Of a stretch of DNA of 64,000 bases, positions 53,661 to 64,000 are shown in pieces. The notes under the pieces are model-generated. The model made no database searches. It saw nothing but the letters and a program-made list of their open reading frames with translations, and was not told the origin of the DNA. The DNA is taken from the NCBI GenBank assembly GCA_037719925.1, contig JBBJMD010000003.1:4960-68959 (forward strand), in the 5' to 3' direction. Every line of letters begins with the position of its first letter. Positions within the stretch are counted from its first letter, which is position 1. Source of the stretch: Ferruginibacter sp. Lineage in GTDB: Bacteria; Bacteroidota; Bacteroidia; Chitinophagales; Chitinophagaceae. The translations under genes were made by a program, and so were the position numbers.

Positions 53661-55034
53661 TTACTTTTTAGGCATATCCGGATCTGTTTGTTCGTATTGC
53701 TTCGCAGTTGTATCAAATAGGGCCAGCACCCAATCCTTGCCATAACCGGAGGATGGCGGCGTAAATTGCTTAGTTCCCGAATTTAATAAGGCAGGAACAA
53801 TGGTTGTTTTACCATTCCTGGGATCATACCAATAGCCCTGCAACTTTTTGCCGGCTATTTTGCCCATGGTAACGGTAAAAGTCTTGCCAGTAGAACTATA
53901 CACTAATAAATAATTTTTACCACGGGCTGCCTGGATCCTTTCCGCTGCGGGATAATTATTTTCTTTAATGAGCGACTGGTCCGGCACCCGGTCGGCAAGC
54001 GGAAATAATTCCATCAGCCGCCTCACAAATATCATTTGATTGGCACCCGGAAGTTCAAGCGCATCCTGCCAGTTAAAATGCGGGCCATTGATCCCTTCAT
54101 GCCTGGCTGAATTCATTTGCCAGATATCATGGCAACCATAGGTATGGCCGAAAGCGCCGGCAAAAAGGTTCAGCCATGCGGCCCGCCTCACATCAAAGGC
54201 ATTGGAAGTACCCAGGTCTTTCACATTAAAGCATACCGGGTGGTCTTCGTAAATGGGTTCCGCATCCAGTACAGGTTTTACAGGCAATAATTTATAGGCA
54301 GCCTGTATTTTTTCGTAAACTGCTTCATCCCGGCAATGACCCGTTTGAAACATATTAAACGCGAGCCATTGTTCTTTATGAAAATATTCCGCAGAGCCTA
54401 ACTTGTTTGGCTGTGGGTGGAAACTTATTACGGCCTTATTGCCGGTAGCTTTCATTATGGCATTACCCATGGAACGCCAGATCGCAAGATCCGCCTCATG
54501 GCGGGGAATACGGTCGCCACCTAATACCCAAATGATATTTTTTCTTGATTGATAACGGTTCGCAAGCCATTGTCCGTATTCTGCGGCATTTGCTTCCGTA
54601 AAGATTTCCGGGCCCTTGCCCCAGCGGTCCTTAAAAATTTTATCACCCCAGGTTGGCAGTACGGCGATAGTGATATTATAGGAAGCGGCCTTATCAATTA
54701 TATAATCTACATGCTCGAAATATTTTTCATTAGGCGTAGCCGGGTCATCGTTTAACAAGGGAATATCGCCGTTGGGATTTGGATCGTGCAATCCATCTAT
54801 TTCAGCCAATATCACAGCCTGTATAACCGTAAAGCCCTGTTCACTGCGCCTTTTCAAATACGTATCCGCTTGGGTGCGATCAAGCCTGTGAAAGAGTTCC
54901 CAACCCGTATCGCCCAACCAAAAAAATGGTTTACCATCCTTAACTAAAAAACGCTTGTTACCGCTTATGCTGAACTGGCTGAATCCATGGATGGTAACCG
55001 CGGTTAATAACAATAATAATATGCTTCTTTTCAT
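53661..55034 (-). CDS. GH140 / DUF4038 apiosidase-like glycoside hydrolase
   Basis: PFFWLGDTGW, WVLGGD, QTGH, DAEPIYE, GHTYG, C-terminal WYDPRNG...DWVL domain; signal peptide. Confidence 0.88.
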   Translation of the reverse strand: MKRSILLLLLTAVTIHGFSQFSISGNKRFLVKDGKPFFWLGDTGWELFHRLDRTQADTYLKRRSEQGFTVIQAVILAEIDGLHDPNPNGDIPLLNDDPATPNEKYFEHVDYIIDKAASYNITIAVLPTWGDKIFKDRWGKGPEIFTEANAAEYGQWLANRYQSRKNIIWVLGGDRIPRHEADLAIWRSMGNAIMKATGNKAVISFHPQPNKLGSAEYFHKEQWLAFNMFQTGHCRDEAVYEKIQAAYKLLPVKPVLDAEPIYEDHPVCFNVKDLGTSNAFDVRRAAWLNLFAGAFGHTYGCHDIWQMNSARHEGINGPHFNWQDALELPGANQMIFVRRLMELFPLADRVPDQSLIKENNYPAAERIQAARGKNYLLVYSSTGKTFTVTMGKIAGKKLQGYWYDPRNGKTTIVPALLNSGTKQFTPPSSGYGKDWVLALFDTTAKQYEQTDPDMPKK

Positions 55035-55524
55035 AGATGATACATTTTCAAATAATTCAAAAAATTTAGCGATGGGTTAAAAATGTTGAATAACTAAGGG
55101 CATACTTTATTTTTCATTGTTGTGTCACCCTTCAACTTTCCTTCCTTTTAGTACGCCTTTGTAAAGATGTAGCGGTATCGCCAAATATATGTATAACCCA
55201 ACAAAAGCGTACTGCTCTATGCTGTAAAGATATGCGCACAATGATAGATTATGGTTTATAACTTGAAAGTGATGCCGGGTAATGAACTCTTTGATATTTA
55301 AAATATAGAATATAGCATCATGCGAACTGAACTTCCTACAGTAGCGTCTATAAAGGTATTTAAATATATATAATTTGTATATGGGCAATACCTTCCTCAC
55401 TCAGGTCTAGATACCTCTTTATTATTTAACGGATTATTCTGCAAACGGGCTATTTTATCTCGTTAAATATCCTCCATCCGAAAACAGGCATTGTATTAGT
55501 GCTATAACTAAAAAATAATATAAT

Positions 55525-55809
55525 ATGGATAAGATTGAAAAAATGCACATGATGGATAAGATGCTCCGGGAACTGGAAGATATCACTAACAGCCAGACGT
55601 CTTTATTGAAAAAGATCGCTCAACTCGAAGCCGATAACATCAACCTTGGGAATACCCTTTTAGACAAAAGGTTACCAGATATACATGAAAAGATTGATGA
55701 AGCTTTGGTTGAGGTTACAGCCGTGAATACTGAATTTGCCCAGGTAAGGGAGAAATTTGTCACTGACAATAAACTCGAAGAAATTTTGCCTGAGGCTACA
55801 AATACTTAA
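55525..55809 (+). CDS. hypothetical helical / coiled-coil protein
   Basis: Clean 94-aa ORF with A-rich start context and its own terminator. Confidence 0.7.
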   Translation: MDKIEKMHMMDKMLRELEDITNSQTSLLKKIAQLEADNINLGNTLLDKRLPDIHEKIDEALVEVTAVNTEFAQVREKFVTDNKLEEILPEATNT

Positions 55810-55866
55810 TACCGTACAAAATAAAATCCCAATTTCCTGTATAAAAAGCCCTGTGAACATCGTGTT

Positions 55867-55896
55867 AAGGCCCTCAAATTTTTTTGAGGGCTTTTT
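55867..55896 (+). terminator. intrinsic terminator
   Basis: gccctcaaa...tttgagggc followed by ttttt. Confidence 0.7.
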
Positions 55897-55899
55897 CAA

Positions 55900-56422
55900 G
55901 GGCGCATCCCACCATGTTAACAAGGGATGTATACCGATTGAAGGCGGGAATACATCACAAAGGCCGGGCGAGACTAATTTTCCATTTTCCCTCAACGTCT
56001 GTAAAAAAGCGCCCCTCGGGATTCTCTACAAGTCCTTTTGGAAAATCAATCCGGACCTCATGAAGAGTAAAATCCGATACATTGAACCAGCCAACTTTAT
56101 TTTCACTGCAGCACAACCACAACCGGTTGTTTTTTATCCAGCAGTACCTGTTTTACAATCGAGCTGCTTTTATCCCCATTGTTTCGAAACGTCAGTAACC
56201 GTTACCGTCATAACGTTGTAATCCGTCCAAGGTAGCAATCCAAATAAATCCTTTTTCATCCTGCTGTACACCCATTGTTTCATCCGATGCCAAACCGTCC
56301 CTGCTTGCAATGTGGGTAAAGAGATATTGGGGCATGAGTTGTCCCAATGCCGATGTCACTATAGCAATAATTATAATTAAAAAAATGAATCTTAACAAGA
56401 TTTTCTGCTTTTTCCGTACCAA
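55900..56422 (-). pseudogene. N-terminal remnant of a two-component regulator beta-propeller (Reg_prop) sensor
   Basis: Signal peptide, then FTHIASRDGL...QDEKGFIWIATLDGLQRYDG. Frameshifted continuation (DKNNRLWL) ends after about 500 nt. Confidence 0.7.
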
Positions 56423-56699
56423 ATATAATAAACACTTGCATAAAATTTTAAATACAATATGGCCTCAATTTTAAATGAAGTATAGGGTTTAGTGCAAATC
56501 TGTTATGAAACTGCGGGGAATTGAGGCCTGTTGCCTTGTACACGAAGGTGAGAAGGAGTAATAACGTTGGTACGGTCCATGAACATGCGGTGTTTGGCAC
56601 TTCATTCATTTCTTTATTCAATTCATCCACTGCTGTTTTCGTTCATAAAATACGGCTTGTAAACTTGCGCGTAATTATAACAACATTAAAATATTACTT

Positions 56700-58082
56700 A
56701 TGCAAAAAGAAAAGGTTTGCCAGGATGAGTCAAAAAATTCACGAATAAAGTGTCGGGAAAAAAAATACTTTTCGCATGTGTCCCTGCCGACGGGCACTTT
56801 AACCCGCTTACCGGGATCGCAAAATATCTACAATCGATCGGTTACGACGTACGCTGGTATAGTTCTGCCGCCTATGAAAATAAACTTGAAAAACTTGACA
56901 TACCTTATTATCCATTTGTAAATGCAATGGAGGTAAATGGAAAAAATGTGGATGAAATATTTCCTGTTCGCAAGGAAATAAAAAGCCCCATCAAAAAACT
57001 GAATTTTGATATCATCAATTTTTTTATTGAACGCGGCCCGGAATACTTTGCGGATATACTCAATATTTACCGCAGCTTACCCTTTGAGGTTGTTATTACA
57101 GACTGTGCTTTTCCAGGCATTCCCTTTATAACAGAAAAAATGAAAATACCCGTTATTTCAATCGGCGTATTTCCATTGAGCGAGTATTCGAAAGACTTGC
57201 TCCTGGTGGGCTGGCCATAACGCCTGCTATAACTGTTGTAGGTAAAATAAAACAAACCATCCTGCATTTTATCGCGGATAATATTTTATTCAGGCAGGAA
57301 AACAAAGCCTTGAAATATGCGATGAAGGTTAACGGCATATCGCATAAGAGTTCTTTTGTTTTCGATTTGCTTGTAAAAAAGTCGACGCTGTTATTGCAAA
57401 GCGGTACGCCGGGTTTTGAATATTCAGGAGTGATCTTAGACAAAACATTCGTTTTATCGGCGGACTGTTGCCATAGGTATCTAATGCTGATAGGGCAGAG
57501 TGGTTCGACAAGCGGCTGAATCAATAAAAAAATGTTGTGCTGGTAACCCAGGGAACCGTAGAACGCGACCCGGAGAAAATCATCGTGCCCACCCTGGAAG
57601 CCTTTAAAGATTCAGAATCGCTGGTAGTAGTTACTACCGGTGGCGCACAAACGCAGGAGCTTAAAAAAAGATTTCCGCAACCAAACATCATCATAGAAGA
57701 TTTTATCCACTTCGGGGATGTAATGCCTTATGCAGATGTTTATATCACCAATGGAGGATACGGGGATGTAATGCTCGGTATTGAAAACCGCCTGCAGTTT
57801 GTAGCTGCAGGAGTTCATGAGAGAAAAAATGAGATCAATGCCAGGATTGGTTATTGTAAGCTCGGCATTAATCTCAAAACCGAAACTCCCAAAGCAGAAG
57901 AGATAAAGCGTGCTGTTACTGAAGTGCTGGCCAATTCCGTTTATAAAAAGAACGTGGAAAATCTGAGCAAAGAATTTAAATCATTTGACAGCAACGAACT
58001 TTGCACCAAGTATATAAGGGAAGTGCTGGATGGCCCCAAAGTTAAATTACCGAATATTTATATGCATGTTGTAAATATTTAA
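56700..58082 (+). pseudogene. GT1 (MGT/GtfC-like) NDP-glycosyltransferase pseudogene
   Basis: PADGHFNP, LQSGTPGFEY, LVTQGTVE, YITNGGYG. Frameshifts near 56750, 57205 and 57430, plus a TAA near 57525. Confidence 0.8.
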
Positions 58083-59338
58083 GGGTGCATTTAAAATTGT
58101 CGCATTGGAGTTAAGCTGCTTTTTTAATTAACGCCACCACTTTATCCCATTGTTTATTCATTGATAGTACCCTTAGATTTAGCATATTTTGAGCACTCTT
58201 GTTACTCCATCGTTGCCCCGATTGTTTCATCCTCTTTTGCACTACCGTTCTGTGCGCCGACTCTATTGCACCTGAACCTATTATTCCATCTCCTATATAT
58301 TTATATGCTTGGTAATTCATTCTATACGCATTGGTGGCGTAATAATTAATGATTGATAAGGCATCTTTGCTTTCACAATTTTGTCTTTTTATATTGCTGA
58401 TGACCTTTGTTACTTTACTTTGTAATAAGAGTTCCTTTTGTTTGTCAGTCCATTTTTTAAGTGCCCCCTGATCTGTAAAAATAGTGCTTGCAAATTGATG
58501 CAGGTGTTCACAAACATGATAATAACCCAATATGGATACAGCTTCAGGAAAAGCATCTTCTATCCAGTTTTTAATCCACGTTCCCCCGTCAGCAATAAAC
58601 ACTAAACGCTTTCCCAATCTTCCATAAGATTCTATTAAAGTGTCCATCTGTTTTGTAAAGACTTTACTGTTTCCCAAATGGGCTACATATTGCGAATGCC
58701 TTATCCAGCTTAGCTTTCCATTAGGATCAATGCAGGAGCCGCTCGTGAACATTCTGCCAACTTTCACTTCCTTCCAGCCTTCATCACGGGTTAGCAACAT
58801 TGAGCCATCTGCTTCTACATACAGTACTTCTTCTTTCTTTACTGGTTCTAGCGACCGGCAAACATTTACTTCTTTTTCGGCTGCCTTGCCATAACAATCT
58901 GTTACCAAATACACTTGCGATGCACTCACTTGTACATCAATAAATTTTTCCAATATTACATTGCATCTTTCATAGCAATCTAACTGACCAGCGTAAACTA
59001 ATAACTCTTGCAAATGCGGACTTATCTGAAAACCATTTGCTCCTTCACTAAAGGCATGCGTTTTATTTATACTCACTTTCCCAAATTTGGTAAGCGTTTT
59101 TTTTTACGCCTGTCGGCTGGCACTGTACTTATATTTGCTTCTAATACTTCTCGGCCAAGATCACGCCAGAGGGACTCAAACTCTTTTTCATAATCGTAAA
59201 AATTGTCAATTTTATTCAAAGCTTGTAATTCAGCATACCGCTTTTTAGCTAAGGCAACAAAGTTTGCTTCGGTCATGGGTTCGTAGTTTGGTTTCTCAAA
59301 TTTAAACATTTTTTAATGCGACAATTTTAAATGCACCC
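58083..59338 (-). mobile_element. 1256-bp insertion sequence, ISKra4 family (ISMich2-like group)
   Basis: Perfect 24-bp terminal IRs gggtgcatttaaaattgtcgcatt (58083-58106 and 59315-59338), 8-bp target duplication atatttaa (58075-58082 and 59339-59346), two overlapping transposase ORFs. Confidence 0.92.
58111..59309 (-). CDS. UPF0236/ISKra4-type DDE transposase in two ORFs joined by a probable -1 frameshift at A9 (59097-59105)
   Basis: Catalytic-type motifs EADG, IADGG.WI, GSGAIESAH, RMKQSGQRW. Slippage gives RRKKK-TLTKFGKVSINK. Confidence 0.85.
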
Positions 59339-59368
59339 ATATTTAAAATTTATTGTAACATCAAAGTG

Positions 59369-59396
59369 CTCCCCTTCGCACCGGAGGGGGAGTTTT
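59369..59396 (+). terminator. intrinsic terminator of the GT1 gene, displaced by the IS
   Basis: ctccccttcg-cac-cggagggggag followed by tttt, about 30 nt after the right IR. Confidence 0.6.
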
Positions 59397-59437
59397 GCTT
59401 GATAGTTGCTTAAAAAACGCTGACCGTTTTTAAAATT

Positions 59438-59565
59438 TATAACCGTTTTCGTAAAGGCATATTAATACCAAAAAGTCCCATGCCCTGGAACCCATTCAAG
59501 AGAATGGGTGATGATGAATTGACGGCGATCTATAGTTATTTACAAATAGTAAGGCCAGTACAATT
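59438..59565 (+). pseudogene. C-terminal remnant of a cytochrome c family protein
   Basis: NRFRKGILIPKSPMPWNPFKRMGDDELTAIYSYLQ matches the MPW..M.D.EL.AIY.YL end of class I cytochromes c. No CxxCH remains. Confidence 0.5.
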
Positions 59566-59739
59566 CAAACAGGTATTTTACCACCGGCATAGACACCAAT
59601 CTTACTGCTGGTGGGTTGTTTCGAAGCCACCATTTGCAGTGTTCACGAATAACCTCCCTCCTGAAAAATTTATTTGCAACTCGTGAGTAAAAGCAAATGG
59701 ACCCCACCGCACTACCCAGCGTATGCTTAAACTTTTTTC

Positions 59740-60933
59740 TTAATCATTTGACGCAGGTAAATTTCTTTGTATGCCCTCTTCGAGGCCACGTAATTCTGCT
59801 AATCCTCTTAACCTGCCAATACCACTGTAGCCGGGGTTGGTTTTTTTTCGCAGGTCATCCAGCATTTGGTGACCATGATCTGGCCGCATGGCTATGGCCA
59901 CTTTTCGGGTATGCATAACCGTTACCAATTCTTTTACAACGCTATACATATCTACATCTCCTTCCAGGTGGTTGTCTTCATAAAAATCGCCCGCGTCATT
60001 TCTTTTGGTGCTGCGCAGGTGGATGAAGTTTATCCGGTCGCCGAATTCCTTCACCATGGCGGGTAAATTATTGTCGGGTCTTACACCAAATGAACCGGTG
60101 CAAAAGCAGAGGCCGTTGTTCAACGAAGGCACTGCTATAAAAATATCCCTGAGATCAGCTGCAGTGCTCACAATGCGCGGCAGCCCTAAAATAGGGTAGG
60201 GTGGATCGTCCGGGTGAACCACCATCTTGATACCCGCTTCGTCACAAACCGGTATTATCTCCTGCAGAAAATGAACCAGGTTTTGTTTCAATGTGCTGGC
60301 GGTGAACCCATCATAAGCGTCCAAAGCGAGCTGGAACTTTTCAAGCGTAAATGTTTCTGAACTGCCTGGCAGCCCTGCGATAATATTTCTCTCCAGCAAA
60401 TGTATTTCCTCATCGCTCATATTGCTGAGGCGTGATTTGGCCGCGGCAAGTTCTGCTGAAGTATATTCAGACGCGGCGCCTGCCCGTTTTAACAAAAAGG
60501 CATCAAAAACGATGAATGCACTCTTTTCAAAACGAAGTGCCCTGCTTCCATCTGCCATCTCATAGGCCAGGTCTGTCCGGGTCCAGTCAAGTACCGGCAT
60601 AAAGTTATAGGTGACGATGCGAATATCACAGGCAGCAAGGTTCCTGAGACTTTCTTTGTAATTATCAATATATGCCTGGTAATCGCCGGTTCGGGTTTTA
60701 ATGTTTTCATGAACAGGAACACTTTCAACGATGGCCCAGGCAAGCCCTCCAGCTTCGATCTCATTTTTTCGTTGTAAAATTTCTTCTTTCGGCCATACTT
60801 TCCCCGTAGGGAGATGATGAAGGGCTGATACAATTCCTGAACAACCAGCCTGCCTGATATCGCCCAGGCTGACGGGATCATTGGGCCCAAACCAGCGCAT
60901 GGCCTGGATAAAAGTAGATTTTACCGGTTTCAT
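59740..60933 (-). CDS. uxuA: mannonate dehydratase
   Basis: [36 protein letters not shown]. Confidence 0.96.
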   Translation of the reverse strand: MKPVKSTFIQAMRWFGPNDPVSLGDIRQAGCSGIVSALHHLPTGKVWPKEEILQRKNEIEAGGLAWAIVESVPVHENIKTRTGDYQAYIDNYKESLRNLAACDIRIVTYNFMPVLDWTRTDLAYEMADGSRALRFEKSAFIVFDAFLLKRAGAASEYTSAELAAAKSRLSNMSDEEIHLLERNIIAGLPGSSETFTLEKFQLALDAYDGFTASTLKQNLVHFLQEIIPVCDEAGIKMVVHPDDPPYPILGLPRIVSTAADLRDIFIAVPSLNNGLCFCTGSFGVRPDNNLPAMVKEFGDRINFIHLRSTKRNDAGDFYEDNHLEGDVDMYSVVKELVTVMHTRKVAIAMRPDHGHQMLDDLRKKTNPGYSGIGRLRGLAELRGLEEGIQRNLPASND

Positions 60934-61120
60934 ATTTAGTTATAAATTGAATTAAAATTAACTATAAAGACTTATTCTTTACTGTTTTCAATTTCCTGGT
61001 TGCCGTTTTTTTTTAAACTCGTTTCTTGGATCTTCCGGAGACGTGCTAAAAGAATTGAAATAATCAGGCAGCTAAACCAAAAAAATAAAGGATCGTAAAA
61101 TGTACTGTTGTTTCCGCATC

Positions 61121-62425
61121 ATGAAGTATTTAAAGATATTATACATCCAGGTAATTATTGGTATCGTGTTGGGAATCCTGGTTGGATGGTTGTTCCCTTC
61201 CTTTGCTCCTGCGGGTAAACTGATCAGTGAGAAATTTATCGACCTTATAAAAATGATCATTCCCCTGATCATTTTTTTTACAATTGTTTTGGGAATTGCC
61301 GGTGCCGGCGATATGAAAAAAGTGGGGAGGGTAGGGGGCAAGGGACTGCTGTATTTCGAGATTGTAACCACGCTTGCTTTGATCATTGGCGTGGTGGTGG
61401 CACATCTTATAAAGCCCGGAGCAGGCATTGCTGTTAATCACCTGCAAGATGCCAAGGTGGAAAAATTTACCACCGAGGCAAAAGAATTAAACTGGATTGA
61501 ATTCTTCACACATATTATTCCTGATAATATTTTCAGGTCTTTTGCCCAGGGCGACATTTTACAAATATTATTTTTTAGCATTTTATTTGGCGCGGCACTG
61601 AGCCGCTTAGGATCTTATGGCAGCAGCCTGGTTGTAACACTTGAGAAAATTAGCAAAGTGGTTTTTAATATAATGAAGACGATCATGAGAGTGGCGCCAA
61701 TCGGTGCTTTTGGCGGTATGGCCTATACCATCGGGCAGTTTGGTTTTGGAAGTTTGTTATTGCTTGGCAAGCTGATGTTAAGTTTTTATCTCACCGTATT
61801 TTTGTTTGTAGCTGTTGTTTTGAACCTCATTTGCAGGTACAATGGATTTAGTTTATGGAAGTTAATTACCTACATCAAGGAAGAGTTATTGATAGTGCTT
61901 GGTGCCAGCAGCAGCGAACCCGCACTGCCTGCTTTAATGGTAAAATTGGAGGCGGCGGGTTGCGACAAAAGCGTGGTCGGATTAATTATTCCTACGGGGT
62001 ACAGTTTTAACCTGGACGGCACCGCCATCTACCTCAGTATGAGTGTAATATTTTTGGCACAGGTTTTTGGCATAGACCTTTCAGTTGGCCAGCAGGTAAC
62101 CATTATTATTATCTTAATGGTTACGAGCAAAGGTGCAGCAGGGGTTACGGGCAGTGGATTCGTAGTGCTGGCTTCTACTTTAACCGCGATCAAAGTGATA
62201 CCCGTTGAGGGACTTGCCTTATTGCTTGGGGTAGATCGTTTTATGAGTGAAGCAAGGGCCATCACCAACCTCATTGGTAATACGGTAGCAACGGTTGTAA
62301 TCGCAAAAAGCGAGCGGGCCGTTAATGACACCGTGTACAAAGCAGTGGTGGAAGGGGTAACTTTAACAAAAGGGACTTATCCGGTGAGTGCCCCGGCCGT
62401 TAAAGGGGAGGTCTTAGATCTGTAA
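61121..62425 (+). CDS. dctA: C4-dicarboxylate:cation symporter (DAACS)
   Basis: SSSE, PTGYSFNLDGTAIY, SKGAAGVTGSGF, DRFMSEARA. Confidence 0.9.
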   Translation: MKYLKILYIQVIIGIVLGILVGWLFPSFAPAGKLISEKFIDLIKMIIPLIIFFTIVLGIAGAGDMKKVGRVGGKGLLYFEIVTTLALIIGVVVAHLIKPGAGIAVNHLQDAKVEKFTTEAKELNWIEFFTHIIPDNIFRSFAQGDILQILFFSILFGAALSRLGSYGSSLVVTLEKISKVVFNIMKTIMRVAPIGAFGGMAYTIGQFGFGSLLLLGKLMLSFYLTVFLFVAVVLNLICRYNGFSLWKLITYIKEELLIVLGASSSEPALPALMVKLEAAGCDKSVVGLIIPTGYSFNLDGTAIYLSMSVIFLAQVFGIDLSVGQQVTIIIILMVTSKGAAGVTGSGFVVLASTLTAIKVIPVEGLALLLGVDRFMSEARAITNLIGNTVATVVIAKSERAVNDTVYKAVVEGVTLTKGTYPVSAPAVKGEVLDL

Positions 62426-62576
62426 AAATGCTATTGTAAAGCATTATCCACCACGAACGCAAAAATTGGGGGCTTATAAACCAGGCTTTTGGAAACTGTA
62501 CGTTTTGCTCTTGCGATAACGCTGGCACATTGGTTCAGATAACCTTGATGAAGAAGAAGGTTTTTTGGACGCGCGG

Positions 62577-63920
62577 CTAGAAGAACAGCAGAAATGCCGA
62601 GCCTTCTCCCTCCACGCTTTGCACCTGTATAGTTCCTTTGTGGAGCAGCATGATCTGTTTGCAAAGGCTCAGGCCAATACCACTGCCGGTTTTACGGGTA
62701 CTGAAGAAGGGAATGAATATTTTCTCCATTAGTTCTTCAGACATGCCATTGCCATTATCGGCGATTTTTACAACCACTTTATTTTTAGGGGTGATATAAG
62801 CGGATAACAATATCCTCGGTTCTTCTCTCTCTTTCACGGCTTCCGCAGCATTTACTACCAGGTTGATCATTACCTGTTCAATAAGGCTTGTGTCTGCATC
62901 AAGCATCAGGTCCGGGTCTTTCAGAATGATCTCCAGTTCAATATTTTTTTTGATAAGCGTTGGCTGCATGAGGTTATGCATGGTCTCAAAAAGATCCCTA
63001 ACGTATATTTTTTTCAGTGTCAGTGTATTGATCTTATTTAAATTGCGATAGGTATCGGCAAATTTTAATAAACCTTCGCTTCTTTTTTTTATTGTATCGA
63101 TGCCCAGCTCCAGGTCATCCACCGAGCCTGTTTTGTTGCTGAGGTCATGCACAGCAGACTGCAACCGGTTTTTCAACGTGTCGGCCAGCGATGAAATAGG
63201 TGCAACGGAATTCATGATTTCGTGGGTCATTACGCTCAGTAATTTCTGCCAGGCTTTTGATTCCGTTTCTTCCATCGCTTCATTTATATTTTGAAACGCG
63301 ATCAGCTTGTACTTTTTTCCGTCGGTCTGGAAAGCCGTTGCACTAAGAAGCACTTTGAAAAATGTTTTATCATCTTTTACGGACACCACTTTATTTTCTC
63401 CCGGCTTAATGCCGAGGATCTCATTGTATAGGGTTGCTGCCCTTCTTTCGAGTGAATGGATTGTTTTTAGATAAGGGATCGCCAGCAGTTTTTTTAATGG
63501 CTCGTTCATCCACATAACATCGCCTCCCGGGTGTTCATAAGACAATATTCCCGTATCCACCAATTCCAGTATATTCTGCAGGTACACGTACTGTGTTTCC
63601 TTTTCCTTGCTGATCGTTTTAAAGGTGCTGTTGATCTCGTTAAAGCCTTTCCGCATAGGTTGCAGGGAGGTAGGCGCGTTTTTTTCATCGAAGCGCCTCG
63701 AAAAATCACGGTAATGCACGGACTCTACAAATTGTTGCAGCTCTTCATTGCTTTTGTTGGTAAACCGGAAGAGGTCAAATACAAGGAAAACGATTGCGAG
63801 GCAGCCAATGCCTGCCGCGGTGTACGAGCCCTTTACCACGAGAAAGGCGATACCGCTCATTACCGCCAACAGCATCACGATCCTTAATGATAAGGCCCAT
63901 TCGAATCTTTTAAATTTCAT
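62577..63920 (-). CDS. sensor histidine kinase (NtrY-like)
   Basis: H-box THEIMNS, N-box NLVVNA, DNGNG, FIPFFST, GSGIGL. Confidence 0.92.
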   Translation of the reverse strand: MKFKRFEWALSLRIVMLLAVMSGIAFLVVKGSYTAAGIGCLAIVFLVFDLFRFTNKSNEELQQFVESVHYRDFSRRFDEKNAPTSLQPMRKGFNEINSTFKTISKEKETQYVYLQNILELVDTGILSYEHPGGDVMWMNEPLKKLLAIPYLKTIHSLERRAATLYNEILGIKPGENKVVSVKDDKTFFKVLLSATAFQTDGKKYKLIAFQNINEAMEETESKAWQKLLSVMTHEIMNSVAPISSLADTLKNRLQSAVHDLSNKTGSVDDLELGIDTIKKRSEGLLKFADTYRNLNKINTLTLKKIYVRDLFETMHNLMQPTLIKKNIELEIILKDPDLMLDADTSLIEQVMINLVVNAAEAVKEREEPRILLSAYITPKNKVVVKIADNGNGMSEELMEKIFIPFFSTRKTGSGIGLSLCKQIMLLHKGTIQVQSVEGEGSAFLLFF

Positions 63921-64000
63921 ATTTGCTTAATCTGCGGTATAGCGCAGTACGTGTGATGCCTAATTCTTTTGCGGCTTTCGAAATATTCCCGTTATGTTTT
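63910..64000 (-). CDS. C-terminal Fis-type HTH of a sigma-54-dependent response regulator (partial)
   Basis: Translated by hand: KHNGNISKAAKELGITRTALYRRLSKYEI*, overlapping the kinase start. Confidence 0.85.
   Translation of the reverse strand, partial: KHNGNISKAAKELGITRTALYRRLSKYEI

Noticed and set aside
3669-63887. Numerous 60-190 aa antisense or overlapping ORFs in the track
   Set aside because: They are shadows of confidently identified genes on the other strand or frame and have no motifs.
1-64000. rRNA, tRNA, tmRNA, CRISPR array, prophage or defence system
   Set aside because: By eye I found no regularly spaced repeat-spacer array, cloverleaf, or phage, cas or defence-type ORF. A covariance-model scan would be needed to exclude small RNAs.
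61121-64000. DctB/DctD system controlling the adjacent dctA
   Set aside because: The kinase has two closely spaced TM helices with no periplasmic dCache sensor, and the genes are convergent; adjacency is probably incidental.

Overview
Mostly core chromosome of a Bacteroidota organism, probably Chitinophagaceae. The evidence is repeated TAnnTTTG -7 promoters, A-rich starts without Shine-Dalgarno, a T9SS-type C-terminal domain, and the rpmB-rpmG-DUF4295(bL38)-ftsY cluster. Housekeeping genes include rimO, bshC, purE and purK (split by an RND efflux triad), hppD, aspartokinase, folC, yggS, tex, clpS/aat, uxuA and dctA. Many conserved genes (DUF2723, RND permease, bstA, exonuclease, tex, aat) are broken by 1-nt indels, mostly in short homopolymers, which looks like long-read consensus error. 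In contrast, 52.3-59.6 kb looks genuinely decayed: a GH172 pseudogene, a sensor remnant, a GtfC-like GT1 pseudogene, a cytochrome c remnant, and a complete 1256-bp ISKra4-family IS with perfect 24-bp IRs, an 8-bp target duplication and an A9 frameshift site. I saw no rRNA, tRNA or CRISPR. I found no unmistakably new system. The best uncharacterised candidates are the non-canonical AAA+/vWA pair, the DUF2723/GT117 membrane glycosyltransferase and the Gcr-like membrane protein. All family calls come from motif recognition, not database searches.
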